Shown one piece after another: positions 1-9,506 of a stretch of 41,443 nucleotides of DNA. A program made the translations under genes and the position numbers. The DNA lies in NCBI GenBank assembly GCA_036824225.1, contig DAITAP010000002.1, forward strand, positions 1 to 41,443. The letters run 5' to 3'. The first letter of the stretch is position 1. Each line of letters starts with the position of its first letter. Origin of the DNA: Caproicibacter sp. (GTDB taxonomy: Bacteria; Bacillota; Clostridia; Oscillospirales; Acutalibacteraceae). The notes beneath the pieces were generated by a model, which was not told the origin of the DNA, ran no database searches, and saw nothing but the letters and a program-made list of their open reading frames with translations.

Positions 1-44
1 CTCCTTCCTTTTTATGTAATCAATGTTAGCTATCACTGATTACT

Positions 45-73
45 AATATAACATGGGAAAACGCCCCTGTCAA
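45..73 (-). promoter_or_regulatory. sigma-A promoter for a gene starting left of the window
   Basis: - strand TTGACA (73-68), 17-bp spacer, TG-extended TATATT (50-45); SD AAGGAAGGAG at 10-1. Confidence 0.7.
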
Positions 74-211
74 GAAAAGAAAAAAATCCGGGTCCGCAGC
101 ACAGGAGGCCGCTATGTATGCTGCGGTGGCGGCAAGCTCCGCCGCAGCATCGGCCGGCGCCTCATCGTCGAATGGATTGTGGAGCCAAGCCGATCAAAGC
201 CAAACAGACGG

Positions 212-244
212 AAAAAAGCCGCCGCATCTCTGCGACGGCTTTTC
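212..244 (-). terminator. Intrinsic terminator of the opp operon, possibly bidirectional
   Basis: AAAAGCCGCCGCA-TCTC-TGCGACGGCTTTT hairpin flanked by A/T tracts, ~50 bp past the oppF stop. Confidence 0.75.
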
Positions 245-291
245 GGTTTTACAGCGGACCGCTTGCCGGAAACGGTTTCCCGATTCTTCCT

Positions 292-1254
292 TCAGTCCAA
301 TGCGTGACACGCGGCATAATGCCCTTTTGATATTTCTCTCATCTCCGGAGGCTTTTCTCTGCATATCGAGCTTGCAAATTGACAGCGCCCTGCAAATTTG
401 CACCCGGGGTTTGAATGAATGGGGCTTGGAACATCGCCTTTCAGCAATACCCTCTCTCTTGATTTCTCTATTTTGGGATCCGCAACAGGGATCGCGGAAA
501 GCAGGGCCTTTGTATAGGGATGCATCGGGTGATCGTATAATTCCATGCTTTCTGCGATTTCAAATATCGCGCCCAGATACATGACCGCCACCCTGTTTGA
601 TATATGCTTCACCATGCTTAAATCATGAGCGATAAACAGATAAGTAAGATTGAGCTTTTGCTGCAAATCCATAAGCAGGTTTACAATCTGCGCCTGAATC
701 GAAACGTCAAGGGCCGAGATGGGTTCGTCGCATACGATAAATTTCGGCTGTATTGCCAATGCCCTTGCAATCCCGATCCTTTGCCTTTGTCCTCCTGAAA
801 ACTCGTGGGGAAATCGGTTGATATGGTCTTTGTTCAATCCCACAAGATTCAACAACTCGTATATTTTTTTGGTCCTTTCTTCCCCGGTACATAATTTATG
901 GATATCGATTCCTTCGGCTATGATATCTCCTACGGTCATTCTGGGATTCAGGGAAGCATATGGATCCTGGAATATCATCTGTGCGGATCTCCTGAATCCT
1001 TCCTCCTGTTTTCTCCCCATTTTATAAACGTCGATACCGTCGAACGATACTTCTCCGGCTGTAGGTTCGTATAACCCCAGAATCGATCTTCCTGTCGTCG
1101 TTTTGCCGCATCCGCTTTCGCCCACAAGGCCTAACGTTTCACCTTCATTGATAGAGAAGCTTACGTCGTCTATTGCTTTCAGTTTCAGATTCTTTCCGAC
1201 TGAGAAATATTTCTTCAGATGTTTCACCTCAACCAGCTTTTTATCCCCCATCAT
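292..1254 (-). CDS. oppF: Oligopeptide ABC transporter ATP-binding protein
   Basis: Walker A GESGCGKT, FSGGQRQR signature, CDEP, HPYT motif and C-terminal Cys motif. Confidence 0.95.
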   Translation of the reverse strand: MMGDKKLVEVKHLKKYFSVGKNLKLKAIDDVSFSINEGETLGLVGESGCGKTTTGRSILGLYEPTAGEVSFDGIDVYKMGRKQEEGFRRSAQMIFQDPYASLNPRMTVGDIIAEGIDIHKLCTGEERTKKIYELLNLVGLNKDHINRFPHEFSGGQRQRIGIARALAIQPKFIVCDEPISALDVSIQAQIVNLLMDLQQKLNLTYLFIAHDLSMVKHISNRVAVMYLGAIFEIAESMELYDHPMHPYTKALLSAIPVADPKIEKSRERVLLKGDVPSPIHSNPGCKFAGRCQFASSICREKPPEMREISKGHYAACHALD

Positions 1255-2270
1255 CGATCAGCCCTCCTCATCCAGGAAGGTTTTAAATCCTCGGGAACAT
1301 CCTTATGGAGCAGCCAGCAGGAGCATTCGTGATGATCGCCGAGTTCAAAAGTTTCAGGCACGAAGGATTCGCACGCCTTCATCGCATATTCGCATCTCGG
1401 CGCGAACGCGCAGCCGGGCGGAGGCGCTATTAAATCGGGGGGAGTGCCCTCAATCGACGTAAGCTTCTCGCCCCTGTGCGTATTCAAGTTTGGGAACGAT
1501 TTTAAAAGCGCAACCGTATAAGGATGCTGAGGCGAATAAAAAATATCATCGACGCTGGCCGATTCGATTATTTTTCCCGCATACATGACAAGTACTCTTT
1601 CCGCTATGTTTGCGACAACTCCCAGATTATGCGTGATCATCACGATGGAAGTGCCGAACTTTTTCTGTATGTCGCGCATGAGGTCCAGGATCTGAGCCTG
1701 TATGGTAACATCGAGGGCTGTGGTAGGTTCGTCGGCGATCAGAAGTTTCGGATTGCACGCAAGCGCAATGGCGATCATCACCCTTTGCCTCATCCCGCCG
1801 CTGAATTCATGGGGGTATTGCCTGGCCCTCCTTTCCGGATTCGGGATCCCGACCAGATTGAGCATATCGATCGCCTTTTGAAAAGCTTCCTTTTTATTGA
1901 TTTTCTGATGTCTTACGATGCCGTCGGAGATCTGTTCCCCTACCACCATGGTGGGATTGAGGGAAGTCATGGGGTCCTGAAAAATAATGCTCATTTCCGG
2001 GCCGCGCAGGGCTTCCATCTGCCTGTCGTTCAGCTTTGTGATATCTTTCCCGTCAAACTTGATCGATCCTTTTTTTACGATTGCGGGCGGAACGGATAAA
2101 AGGCCCAAAATGCTCTGCATCGTGACGCTTTTTCCGCATCCTGATTCCCCTACGACCGCAATGCTTTCCCCCCGGTCGACATAAAACGAAACGTCTCTTA
2201 CCGCCTGCACCTCGCCCGCATAAGTTTTAAAAGAGACCTCAAGGTCTTCTACTTCAAGCAGCTTGCTCAT
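1251..2270 (-). CDS. oppD: Oligopeptide ABC transporter ATP-binding protein
   Basis: GESGCGKS, FSGGMRQR, ADEPTTALD; start moved to ATG 2270 after AGGAGG. Confidence 0.95.
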   Translation of the reverse strand: MSKLLEVEDLEVSFKTYAGEVQAVRDVSFYVDRGESIAVVGESGCGKSVTMQSILGLLSVPPAIVKKGSIKFDGKDITKLNDRQMEALRGPEMSIIFQDPMTSLNPTMVVGEQISDGIVRHQKINKKEAFQKAIDMLNLVGIPNPERRARQYPHEFSGGMRQRVMIAIALACNPKLLIADEPTTALDVTIQAQILDLMRDIQKKFGTSIVMITHNLGVVANIAERVLVMYAGKIIESASVDDIFYSPQHPYTVALLKSFPNLNTHRGEKLTSIEGTPPDLIAPPPGCAFAPRCEYAMKACESFVPETFELGDHHECSCWLLHKDVPEDLKPSWMRRADR

Positions 2271-2282
2271 TCTGCTCACCTC

Positions 2283-3221
2283 CTAATAGCCTTCTCTCGG
2301 ATCCAAGGCGTCGTTCAAAGCCCTGCCGATCGTATTCAGAGATATCATCAATACCGCGATCAATATGGTCGGGACGATGAGCTCCCACGGATAATAAGTG
2401 ACGACGGCCGCGCCTGTATTGGCCAGCTGGCCCAGGCTGGTATCCGGCGGCTTGACTCCCAAGCCGATGAAGCTCATGAACGCTTCCATAAAAATGGCTG
2501 CGGGCACAGCCATGATGATATTGACGATGATCAGGCTCATTGTATTCGGGATCAGGTCTTTCATGATGACCCTTTTGCTTTTTGCTCCAAGAAGCCTTGA
2601 GGCGGTCACGAATTCGCTCTCTTTCAGAACCAAGACCTGACCTCTTACGATACGCGCCATGCCCATCCATTCGTAAAATACCATCGCAAAGATGAGGGTG
2701 GGGATGCTCTTTCCCATGACGACCGTGATCAGTATGACGATGATCAGCTGCGGTATGGCGTACAGGATATTGATGACGCCCATAATGACCGTATCGAGCT
2801 TTCCCCCGATATAACCCGACAGCCCGCCGATTGCGGCGCCGAGCAGTTTTGAAATGACGCCGACCGAAAAACCGATCAGCAGGGATATCCTTGTGCCGAG
2901 CCACGTCCTTGCCCACAGATCTCTTCCAAAATCGTCGGTTCCAAACCAGTGCTGCGCGGAAAAGGATTGGGTGATGGACAGAGGGTCTGCGGCGTTCGGA
3001 TCATATGGGACCATTTTGGGAGCCAATATGGACATCAATGCGATGGCGATTACCACTACGCAGCAAAACAGCGCGCTTTTATTCTGTTTGAATTTTCTCC
3101 ATACATTCTGTGAGAATGTCAGGCTGGGCCTCGCGATGCTGTTCATCATTTCCCTGTTTTTGCCCACTCTTACAAACTGGTCCTGAATCCGGGGGCCACG
3201 CTCCATTTCCATTACTTCCAT
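2283..3221 (-). CDS. oppC: Oligopeptide ABC transporter permease
   Basis: HWFGTDDFGRD motif, EAA-like loop (EFVTASRLLGA), multiple TM helices. Confidence 0.95.
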   Translation of the reverse strand: MEVMEMERGPRIQDQFVRVGKNREMMNSIARPSLTFSQNVWRKFKQNKSALFCCVVVIAIALMSILAPKMVPYDPNAADPLSITQSFSAQHWFGTDDFGRDLWARTWLGTRISLLIGFSVGVISKLLGAAIGGLSGYIGGKLDTVIMGVINILYAIPQLIIVILITVVMGKSIPTLIFAMVFYEWMGMARIVRGQVLVLKESEFVTASRLLGAKSKRVIMKDLIPNTMSLIIVNIIMAVPAAIFMEAFMSFIGLGVKPPDTSLGQLANTGAAVVTYYPWELIVPTILIAVLMISLNTIGRALNDALDPREGY

Positions 3222-3230
3222 CTTTCACAC

Positions 3231-4151
3231 CTACCCTCTCGAAGCTCTGATTCTCGGGTCGACAAATCCATACGCGATTTCCACCAATATGTTGCACAGG
3301 ATCAGAAACGCCCCGAAGAATATGGTCATTCCCAATATCATCGAATAATCAAGATTTGTTATGCTGGCGTTGAAAAACTTTCCGAGTCCCGGAACCACAA
3401 ATATCTGTTCCGCCACCAGGGTGCCCCCTAAAAAGCCCATGACCGTAACGCCAAGGTTTGTGACGATCGGCAGGATTGCGTTCCTGATCTGGTATTTTAA
3501 AACAATCTGCCTGTGGGGAAGCCCTTTCGCTTTGGCTGTTTTAATATAGTCTTTATTTCCTTCCTCAGCCATGCTCGCCCGCATCAGCAGCGGCATCCAC
3601 CCGAAGCATCCGACGCTCATCACGATGATGGGCATGATGGTATAGCTGATCCCCTTCCAGTCCGAAACGGGAAGCCATTTAAGATTCACGCCGAAAATAA
3701 CCTGCAGGATCGAGCCGATTACAAAATTAGGGATGGTCAGCCCGATCACCGAAATGATCGTACAGACCCAGTCCCATGGCCCTCCTTTCTTGACGGCGGC
3801 CAAAATTCCCACAATGACGCTGACTACGATCGCGAAAACAGCCGATCTGATTCCCAGATCCGCGGTATACGGAAACGCCTGGTTGATGATATCATTGATG
3901 GTGATATTTCTGTATTTCAAAGAATACCCGAGATCGCCTTTCAACAGATTTCCAAGGTATATGCCGTATTGCTCGGCGATCGGTTTATCCAGCCCGTAGT
4001 AATGTACAATGTTCTGCTTGATGTCCGGCGATATCTTCGGATCCGCGAACGGATCGCCGGGCAAGGCCCTCACCATAAAAAAGACGGCCGTTATCAGCAC
4101 AAACAACGTTATGATTCCGGTGCCGACTTGTTTCAGTATGTATTTGGTCAT
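3231..4151 (-). CDS. oppB: Oligopeptide ABC transporter permease
   Basis: LPGDP, YGLDKP, GDLGYS, DYIKTAKAKGL, VDPRIR; start ATG 4151 after AAGGAGG. Confidence 0.95.
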   Translation of the reverse strand: MTKYILKQVGTGIITLFVLITAVFFMVRALPGDPFADPKISPDIKQNIVHYYGLDKPIAEQYGIYLGNLLKGDLGYSLKYRNITINDIINQAFPYTADLGIRSAVFAIVVSVIVGILAAVKKGGPWDWVCTIISVIGLTIPNFVIGSILQVIFGVNLKWLPVSDWKGISYTIMPIIVMSVGCFGWMPLLMRASMAEEGNKDYIKTAKAKGLPHRQIVLKYQIRNAILPIVTNLGVTVMGFLGGTLVAEQIFVVPGLGKFFNASITNLDYSMILGMTIFFGAFLILCNILVEIAYGFVDPRIRASRG

Positions 4152-4187
4152 GGATGTGATACCTCCTTCGGTGATTAAGATATCGAT

Positions 4188-4247
4188 CAAAAAAGGGAAG
4201 CCAAACTTTTAAAACTCGAGATAAGATTTAAAAATCAGGCTCCCTTT
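4188..4247 (-). terminator. Terminator-like or mRNA-stabilising hairpin between oppA and oppB
   Basis: - strand AAAGGGAGCC...GGCTTCCC followed by a T tract. Confidence 0.55.
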
Positions 4248-4332
4248 CAATTTTGATCATCGATTTATGAACTTCAAAGACATAAAGGCAAAGCGTTGGT
4301 TTCTCCGCCTCTACAGAAAAGTACCCGGTATT

Positions 4333-5994
4333 TTATTTTCCGTTGACAGATGTGTATACGAAGTCCGGGTTCGCTCCTACGAAATACCGGTACATGTCTT
4401 TTACCCCGGGCTTTACGACATATGCTCCCCTTCCTATATCGTACGGCATAACGTAGGCGTCGTCGAGGAGTATCTTTTCCGCCTGCGCCATCAGGTCTCC
4501 GCGGGCCTTTTGATCCGCTGTGGATTTTGCCTCCCGGATCAGCTTATCATATTCCGGGTTGCTGGTGCCCGCCGAATTCTGGGTCGCACCCGTTATCCAA
4601 AGGTCGAGATACGTCATGGGATCGTCGTAATCCGGGTTCCATCCTTGACAGGCGACGTCATAATTTAGTTTCAGGCATCTGTCTATTTGGTCCGCATAGG
4701 GCGCTATATCCAATTTCACAGTGATCCCAAGGTTCTGCTTCAGTATGGCCTGTATCGCTTCCCCGTAGGTTTTGTATGCGTCGTTGATTAGGAGTTTGAA
4801 CGATACTTTTGAGGGATCGGAGATATTCAGTTCCTGCATCGCTTTTGCGAGATAATCCTTCGCCTTTGTCACGTCCGCCTTGGCGGGATAATAATGAAGC
4901 GGGTGCTCCTTGTTGAATTTGTCCTTTACGCCGGAAATATCGGGCAGGATCAACCTTTCCGCGGGCAGATTCAAGTCTTTGCTGCTCAGTTTCACATATT
5001 CCGCCCGATCGAATCCGTAGGCGATGGCTTTTCTGAAATTTACATTTGTCACCAAGGGATTGCTCGATTTCGCGTTGAATGTGATATACTCGACTGAACC
5101 GGTATCGTAATACAAGACGTTCTGCTTTGAATCCTTTTTATATTTGTCGTATGCGGCGCTGACCAGGTCGAGCATATCGGTGTCGCCGCTTTCGTACATA
5201 TTGACCATGGTCTGTCCGTTATCTACCTGAAGGATATTGACTTCGTCAAGCTTTACGTTTTCCGCATCCCAGTAGTTCGGATTTTTCGCGAGGTCGACTT
5301 CCTTTTGACGCGTCCAGTTCGTCATCGTAAAAGCCCCATTGTAAACCATCTTATCAGGCGCCGCCGCGAAATCCTTGCCGTATTTTTCAATGATGTCCTT
5401 TCTTACGGGGGCGAAGTTTGTGCCTGCCAATACGCTGAGGATATATTTCCCGGGAGCCTTCAGCTTGATTTCGAGCGTCTTGTCGTCAAGCGCTTTCACG
5501 CCGAGCTGGTTTAGGTCCTTGATTTTGCCCGAATTGATTTCCTCGGCGTTTTGGATATAAAAAGATGCATACGCATAAGATGCGGCGGTTTTAGGGTCGC
5601 ACAGCCTTTTGATCGCGTATTCGAAATCATTGGCGGTGACGGGCTGCCCGTCGCTCCATTTTGAGTCCCTGAGATGGAACGTATAGGTTTTTCCGTCTTC
5701 CGAAACATCCCATTTTTCCGCGACTCCGGGCACTATTTTGCCCTCGCGCATCCTCACCAGGCCTTCTATTATCGTTGTTCCAACCGTCTGATTCACCATT
5801 GAATTTGCAAGCTGAGGGTCAAAGTTCGGGATATCCACGCCATAAACAAACCTTAATACCTGTTTCCCTCCGCCCCTTGAATCCGCGGTCCCCGTAGCTG
5901 CCGGTGTCCCCCCTTTGTAGGTGCACCCTGTGAGCGAGCTTCCGACGATCACGAGTGACGTCAACAGAGAGACAAAAATCCGCCCTTTTTTCAT
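4333..5994 (-). CDS. oppA: Oligopeptide-binding lipoprotein (SBP family 5)
   Basis: Lipobox LTGC, TYTFHLRDSKWSDGQPVTANDF family-5 signature, GWNPDYDDP. Confidence 0.95.
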   Translation of the reverse strand: MKKGRIFVSLLTSLVIVGSSLTGCTYKGGTPAATGTADSRGGGKQVLRFVYGVDIPNFDPQLANSMVNQTVGTTIIEGLVRMREGKIVPGVAEKWDVSEDGKTYTFHLRDSKWSDGQPVTANDFEYAIKRLCDPKTAASYAYASFYIQNAEEINSGKIKDLNQLGVKALDDKTLEIKLKAPGKYILSVLAGTNFAPVRKDIIEKYGKDFAAAPDKMVYNGAFTMTNWTRQKEVDLAKNPNYWDAENVKLDEVNILQVDNGQTMVNMYESGDTDMLDLVSAAYDKYKKDSKQNVLYYDTGSVEYITFNAKSSNPLVTNVNFRKAIAYGFDRAEYVKLSSKDLNLPAERLILPDISGVKDKFNKEHPLHYYPAKADVTKAKDYLAKAMQELNISDPSKVSFKLLINDAYKTYGEAIQAILKQNLGITVKLDIAPYADQIDRCLKLNYDVACQGWNPDYDDPMTYLDLWITGATQNSAGTSNPEYDKLIREAKSTADQKARGDLMAQAEKILLDDAYVMPYDIGRGAYVVKPGVKDMYRYFVGANPDFVYTSVNGK

Positions 5995-6121
5995 TTGATT
6001 CTCCTCCTTTTATTATTTTTATTTAACGGTATATGCCATATGCCGCCAAAATAAAACGCTTTTGTTAGCTGATCAGCACAATAACGTTCCTGTTCATGAT
6101 TTGACGCCCTCTCGATTGTCG

Positions 6122-6340
6122 GGATATCAATCAAAAAAGGAAGCCGAACTTTTAAAACTTTCTTATGAAATCCGGCTTCCTTTCAAATTAGGATCTATTC
6201 ACTCTATGAATTTCGAAAACGGCAGGGGTCTGCCGCCTGCAGCCGCTGCACCGTCGTTTTCGGTGTCCCCTTTGGGTCGTACCCCGTAAGCGGGCTTCCG
6301 GCGGCCATATGCCGCTGAAGTAAAAATGCTTTTGCTAACT
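6122..6340 (-). pseudogene. Internally deleted relic of a tandem oppA paralog (leader, signal-peptide fragment and downstream hairpin)
   Basis: 6304-6340 resembles the oppA leader 6035-6070; 6261-6303 resembles oppA 5' coding 5902-5947; 6122-6220 resembles the post-oppA region 4180-4281. Confidence 0.7.
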
Positions 6341-6344
6341 TAAT

Positions 6345-6373
6345 AGGTTAATTACAATATCTGGAAAAAGCAA
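6345..6373 (-). promoter_or_regulatory. Candidate sigma-A promoter for the opp region
   Basis: TTGCTT-17-TAACCT on the - strand. Confidence 0.4.
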
Positions 6374-6437
6374 ATGCCATAAATTGGCGTTTTACATAAA
6401 TATCTCTGCCAATGTTTAATTTTTATGTTAAAACTTC

Positions 6438-6472
6438 AAATTACTTCAATTTTCATCGAATTGAAGTAATTT
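6438..6472. promoter_or_regulatory. Perfect 14-bp inverted repeat with a CodY-box-like core
   Basis: AAATTACTTCAATT-N7-AATTGAAGTAATTT; 6448-6462 matches AATTTTCWGAAAATT at 12/15. Confidence 0.5.
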
Positions 6473-6850
6473 CACAATTCTGAAAGTTAATTGTATGTGT
6501 GCAGACCCCGATCCGCAAAACGTCCGGTGGTGAAAATCAGACCTCGCTGTTCCCCTCATATCCGGAGCTGGAGCTTGATCCGGTTCGGTCTTCCCGGACG
6601 ACCGGAAACAGGAAAGAAAATATTCTCATAAATCTAAAATCACATCAAAAATCGTAAGGCGGGGAAGAGATCCCCTGATAAGTGGCCTGTCTGTAGAAGA
6701 AATCCGAAATATCAGATACTGATCTGCAAATTTTTCGTTCTTTTCTGGAATATATGAACATGACGTTTAGGCAGGAATGGATAAGCTGTTCCATGTTGTC
6801 CGACATATTACATATAAATTATATATTTATTTAAATAATATTGTAAATTG

Positions 6851-6879
6851 TTGACATTGCCGCCTAAAAGTGGTAACCT
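6851..6879 (+). promoter_or_regulatory. sigma-A promoter for the peptidase gene
   Basis: TTGACA-17-TAACCT with TG extension and an AT-rich upstream tract. Confidence 0.6.
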
Positions 6880-7106
6880 GAGTCTGGTTTCACAGCCATA
6901 TCATAAGTTTTCACCGTCGAATAATTCCGGAGATACAGGGCATATATTGGAGCGTATGAAAGAACTGCAAACGCGTATGGAGCGGGCCAAATTGAGAGCC
7001 TGATACCCGCACGGGGCTCCGGCAGCCTTTTGCCGCAGAATTTGAAAGGTTTCAAAGGCGGTCCGGCGGCTATGAGAAAAGCAAAATTTTATTGGAAGAG
7101 GATGAA

Positions 7107-8159
7107 ATGATGACGAAGGTAACCAAATGCATCCTGCTGGATGACCATCGGCTGGAGCTGTACTGGGATGGCGGCGTCCAAGGCTCCGACGACGTGGAGA
7201 ATGTGTTCGTTTCGGTCGGGGGAAACGAAAGGCATTTCCATGTATGGAAGGAGCCGGAGGAATGGGACAAGGGCTGTGTGTACGAGAAGGAAAAGCGGAG
7301 AACGACCCTTTATGTGGAAGAATGCCTTTATCCTTACGAGACGGATCAGCTGTCGCTCTCTTTCTCCGGCCGGGTGACCGGGGAAGACGGCGGCCCGGTG
7401 GAAAAGTCTGTCCGCTGCGTCCCTGAGTATCATCCTTTTTATCAAAAATACACCAAATCCAAATGCGGGATCGTCATCAAATCCAGCGCCGATGTTTCGG
7501 ACGAGGCGCACGCAATCGCCGCGGCGGCGGCCGACCATATGCTCAGCCGCCTTCCGGAAATCGCCGCTGTCATGCGGCATTTTCATGCGGAAGTGGCAAT
7601 TTACGGTTTGGATGAGACCGCCTTCGATATTCCGGAGCACCGTATCGGCTATCGCATCCTGCTCCGCCCGGCGGAAGGGTTCGGCGGAGTGACCGATCAG
7701 CCCGTCACCTCGGTTTCAGAGCGTAATCTTTTGCGCATTGTTGAAGGTCCGCATGAAACGCACTACCCCAACGAATGCATTATGGCACACGAATTCGGGC
7801 ACGCCATCCACCTGATCGGAATCAATTACTGCAGCGATCAGACAAAGGCAAAAGAATTTTTACATACTTACGAGAATGCGCGCCGTTTGGGACGATGGCC
7901 CAAAACCTATGCCATCAGCAATTATGCGGAGTATTTCGCCACTCTGACGGCCATTTGGTTCAATGCGATGTCGGAAAGCCCCGACGGCACATGGGACGGT
8001 GTCCGCGGCCCGATCAACAAACGGGATGAACTGAAGGAATACGATCCGGAAGCGTATGCTTTTTTTGAAAGCATTTATCCGCAGGAGAACTTTTCGGGAA
8101 GATGGGCCGAAACGCCGCGCTTTTTCAACCTGGACGGTTCGCGCATGAGACATATATAA
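7107..8159 (+). CDS. Putative zinc metallopeptidase (HEXXH zincin, anthrax-LF/MtfA-like arrangement)
   Basis: MAHEFGHAIH plus downstream YAISNYAEYFA with a candidate third ligand Glu; no signal peptide. Confidence 0.7.
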   Translation: MMTKVTKCILLDDHRLELYWDGGVQGSDDVENVFVSVGGNERHFHVWKEPEEWDKGCVYEKEKRRTTLYVEECLYPYETDQLSLSFSGRVTGEDGGPVEKSVRCVPEYHPFYQKYTKSKCGIVIKSSADVSDEAHAIAAAAADHMLSRLPEIAAVMRHFHAEVAIYGLDETAFDIPEHRIGYRILLRPAEGFGGVTDQPVTSVSERNLLRIVEGPHETHYPNECIMAHEFGHAIHLIGINYCSDQTKAKEFLHTYENARRLGRWPKTYAISNYAEYFATLTAIWFNAMSESPDGTWDGVRGPINKRDELKEYDPEAYAFFESIYPQENFSGRWAETPRFFNLDGSRMRHI

Positions 8160-8198
8160 GAATCGGTATTTTACAACACCTCGTTCCAGTGTTAAACT
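8154..8198 (+). promoter_or_regulatory. sigma-A promoter with the proximal shared operator box
   Basis: ATA-N10-TAT directly before TTTACA-17-TAAACT (TG-extended). Confidence 0.6.
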
Positions 8199-8240
8199 TA
8201 ACTTGAAATTGACATTAATAGAATGCGAGGTGTGGTTTGA

Positions 8241-9299
8241 ATGAATTACAAAATTGGATTGCTCTACGGAGATGGAATTGGGCCGGAGATTACGCAGGCC
8301 ACTGAAAAATTAATGAAAGCGGCAGTAAAAAAGTATGGGCTCGAAATGGAATTCCCGGTATTTCCAATGGGTTGGGAAGGGATCAAAAAGTATGGGGACC
8401 CGGTCCCCGAAATCACGAAGAGCGGGTTGAAGAACTGTGACGGCTGGGTTTTTGCACCGCACGATTCGGCCTCTTATCCGCCCGAATATTTTAAGAAAAC
8501 GAATCCCAGCGGCACCATGAGGCATTATTTTAACCTATATTCAAACGTCCGCCCGGCAAAAACATACCCCGGCGTAAAAAGCCATGTGGGCGAGGCGGAT
8601 GTGGTGGTATTTCGGGAAAACTCGGAAGGTGCTCTTCCTGACCGGAACATGTTCAAAGGTTATGGCGAGTTTATGCCGACGCCGGATGTGGTTGTTTTAA
8701 ATTCCGTTTTTACCAGAAAAGCGGCGGAAAGAATTGCCCATGAAGCATTCAAAATGGCCATGCGGAGAAACAAGCACGTTACGATCGTCCACAAGGCGAA
8801 CGTTCTTCAGATGGCTTACGGGATGTTTAGAAGCACATGCTACGAAGTGGGGAAAAATCATTATCCGGAAGTAAAAGTGGACGACTATCATATCGATGCG
8901 ATGACTGCACATATGGTGAGAAGGCTGAAAGATTTTGATGTGATCGTCACCACGAACCTGTTCGGGGATATCCTTTCCGATCTGGCGGGGGAATTGACGG
9001 GAAGTCTGGGCCTGGCGCCGTCGATCAATACGAACGAAACTCAGTGCATGGCTCAGGCCGCACATGGCTCCGCGCCCGATATCGCGGGGAAAAACAGAGC
9101 CAATCCCGTCGGATTGATGCTTTCGGCAGTGATGCTGTTTCACTGGCTGGGCGACCATCATGATGATCCGAAATTGTCTGAGGCCGGAAACAGCATGCGG
9201 GATGCCATCATAAAAGTAATGGAAGCAAGAATTCTTACGCCGGATATGGGAGGAACGGCGACGACAGGCTTTACCGATGCTGTGATCAAAGAAATATAA
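8241..9299 (+). CDS. Isocitrate/isopropylmalate/tartrate dehydrogenase-family protein, substrate unknown
   Basis: GDGIGPE, HKAN, NLFGDILSD, HGSAPDIAG. Confidence 0.9.
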   Translation: MNYKIGLLYGDGIGPEITQATEKLMKAAVKKYGLEMEFPVFPMGWEGIKKYGDPVPEITKSGLKNCDGWVFAPHDSASYPPEYFKKTNPSGTMRHYFNLYSNVRPAKTYPGVKSHVGEADVVVFRENSEGALPDRNMFKGYGEFMPTPDVVVLNSVFTRKAAERIAHEAFKMAMRRNKHVTIVHKANVLQMAYGMFRSTCYEVGKNHYPEVKVDDYHIDAMTAHMVRRLKDFDVIVTTNLFGDILSDLAGELTGSLGLAPSINTNETQCMAQAAHGSAPDIAGKNRANPVGLMLSAVMLFHWLGDHHDDPKLSEAGNSMRDAIIKVMEARILTPDMGGTATTGFTDAVIKEI

Positions 9300-9309
9300 A
9301 TCATTTAAT

Positions 9310-9351
9310 GACCTGAGTATTTGGTACGTCTTGAATATTCAGGTCCTTTTT
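9310..9351 (+). terminator. Intrinsic terminator
   Basis: GACCTGAGTATT...AATATTCAGGTC followed by CTTTTT. Confidence 0.7.
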
Positions 9352-9372
9352 GTAAAACAAATTCGAAAGGGA

Positions 9373-9452
9373 ATAAAAAGAGACATGCCTGCAACCTTTT
9401 GGGAGAATTCAGTGATCGAACCAAACTCTACAGAAAGGATTGCAAACATGTC
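9373..9452 (-). terminator. Long imperfect hairpin downstream of the lactonase gene
   Basis: GACATGCCTGCAACCTTT...AAAGGATTGCAAACATGTC with a T-rich tail on the - strand. Confidence 0.45.
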
Positions 9453-9506
9453 CAGGGGGAATCTTATCGTTAAATGATTACCCGCGCGCGCCCGCAGGAA
9501 GAGCTT

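Noticed and set aside
6956..7003. Mini-ORF MKELQTRMERAKLRA in the long leader of the peptidase gene
   Set aside because: SD too close to the ATG and no attenuator or riboswitch structure recognised
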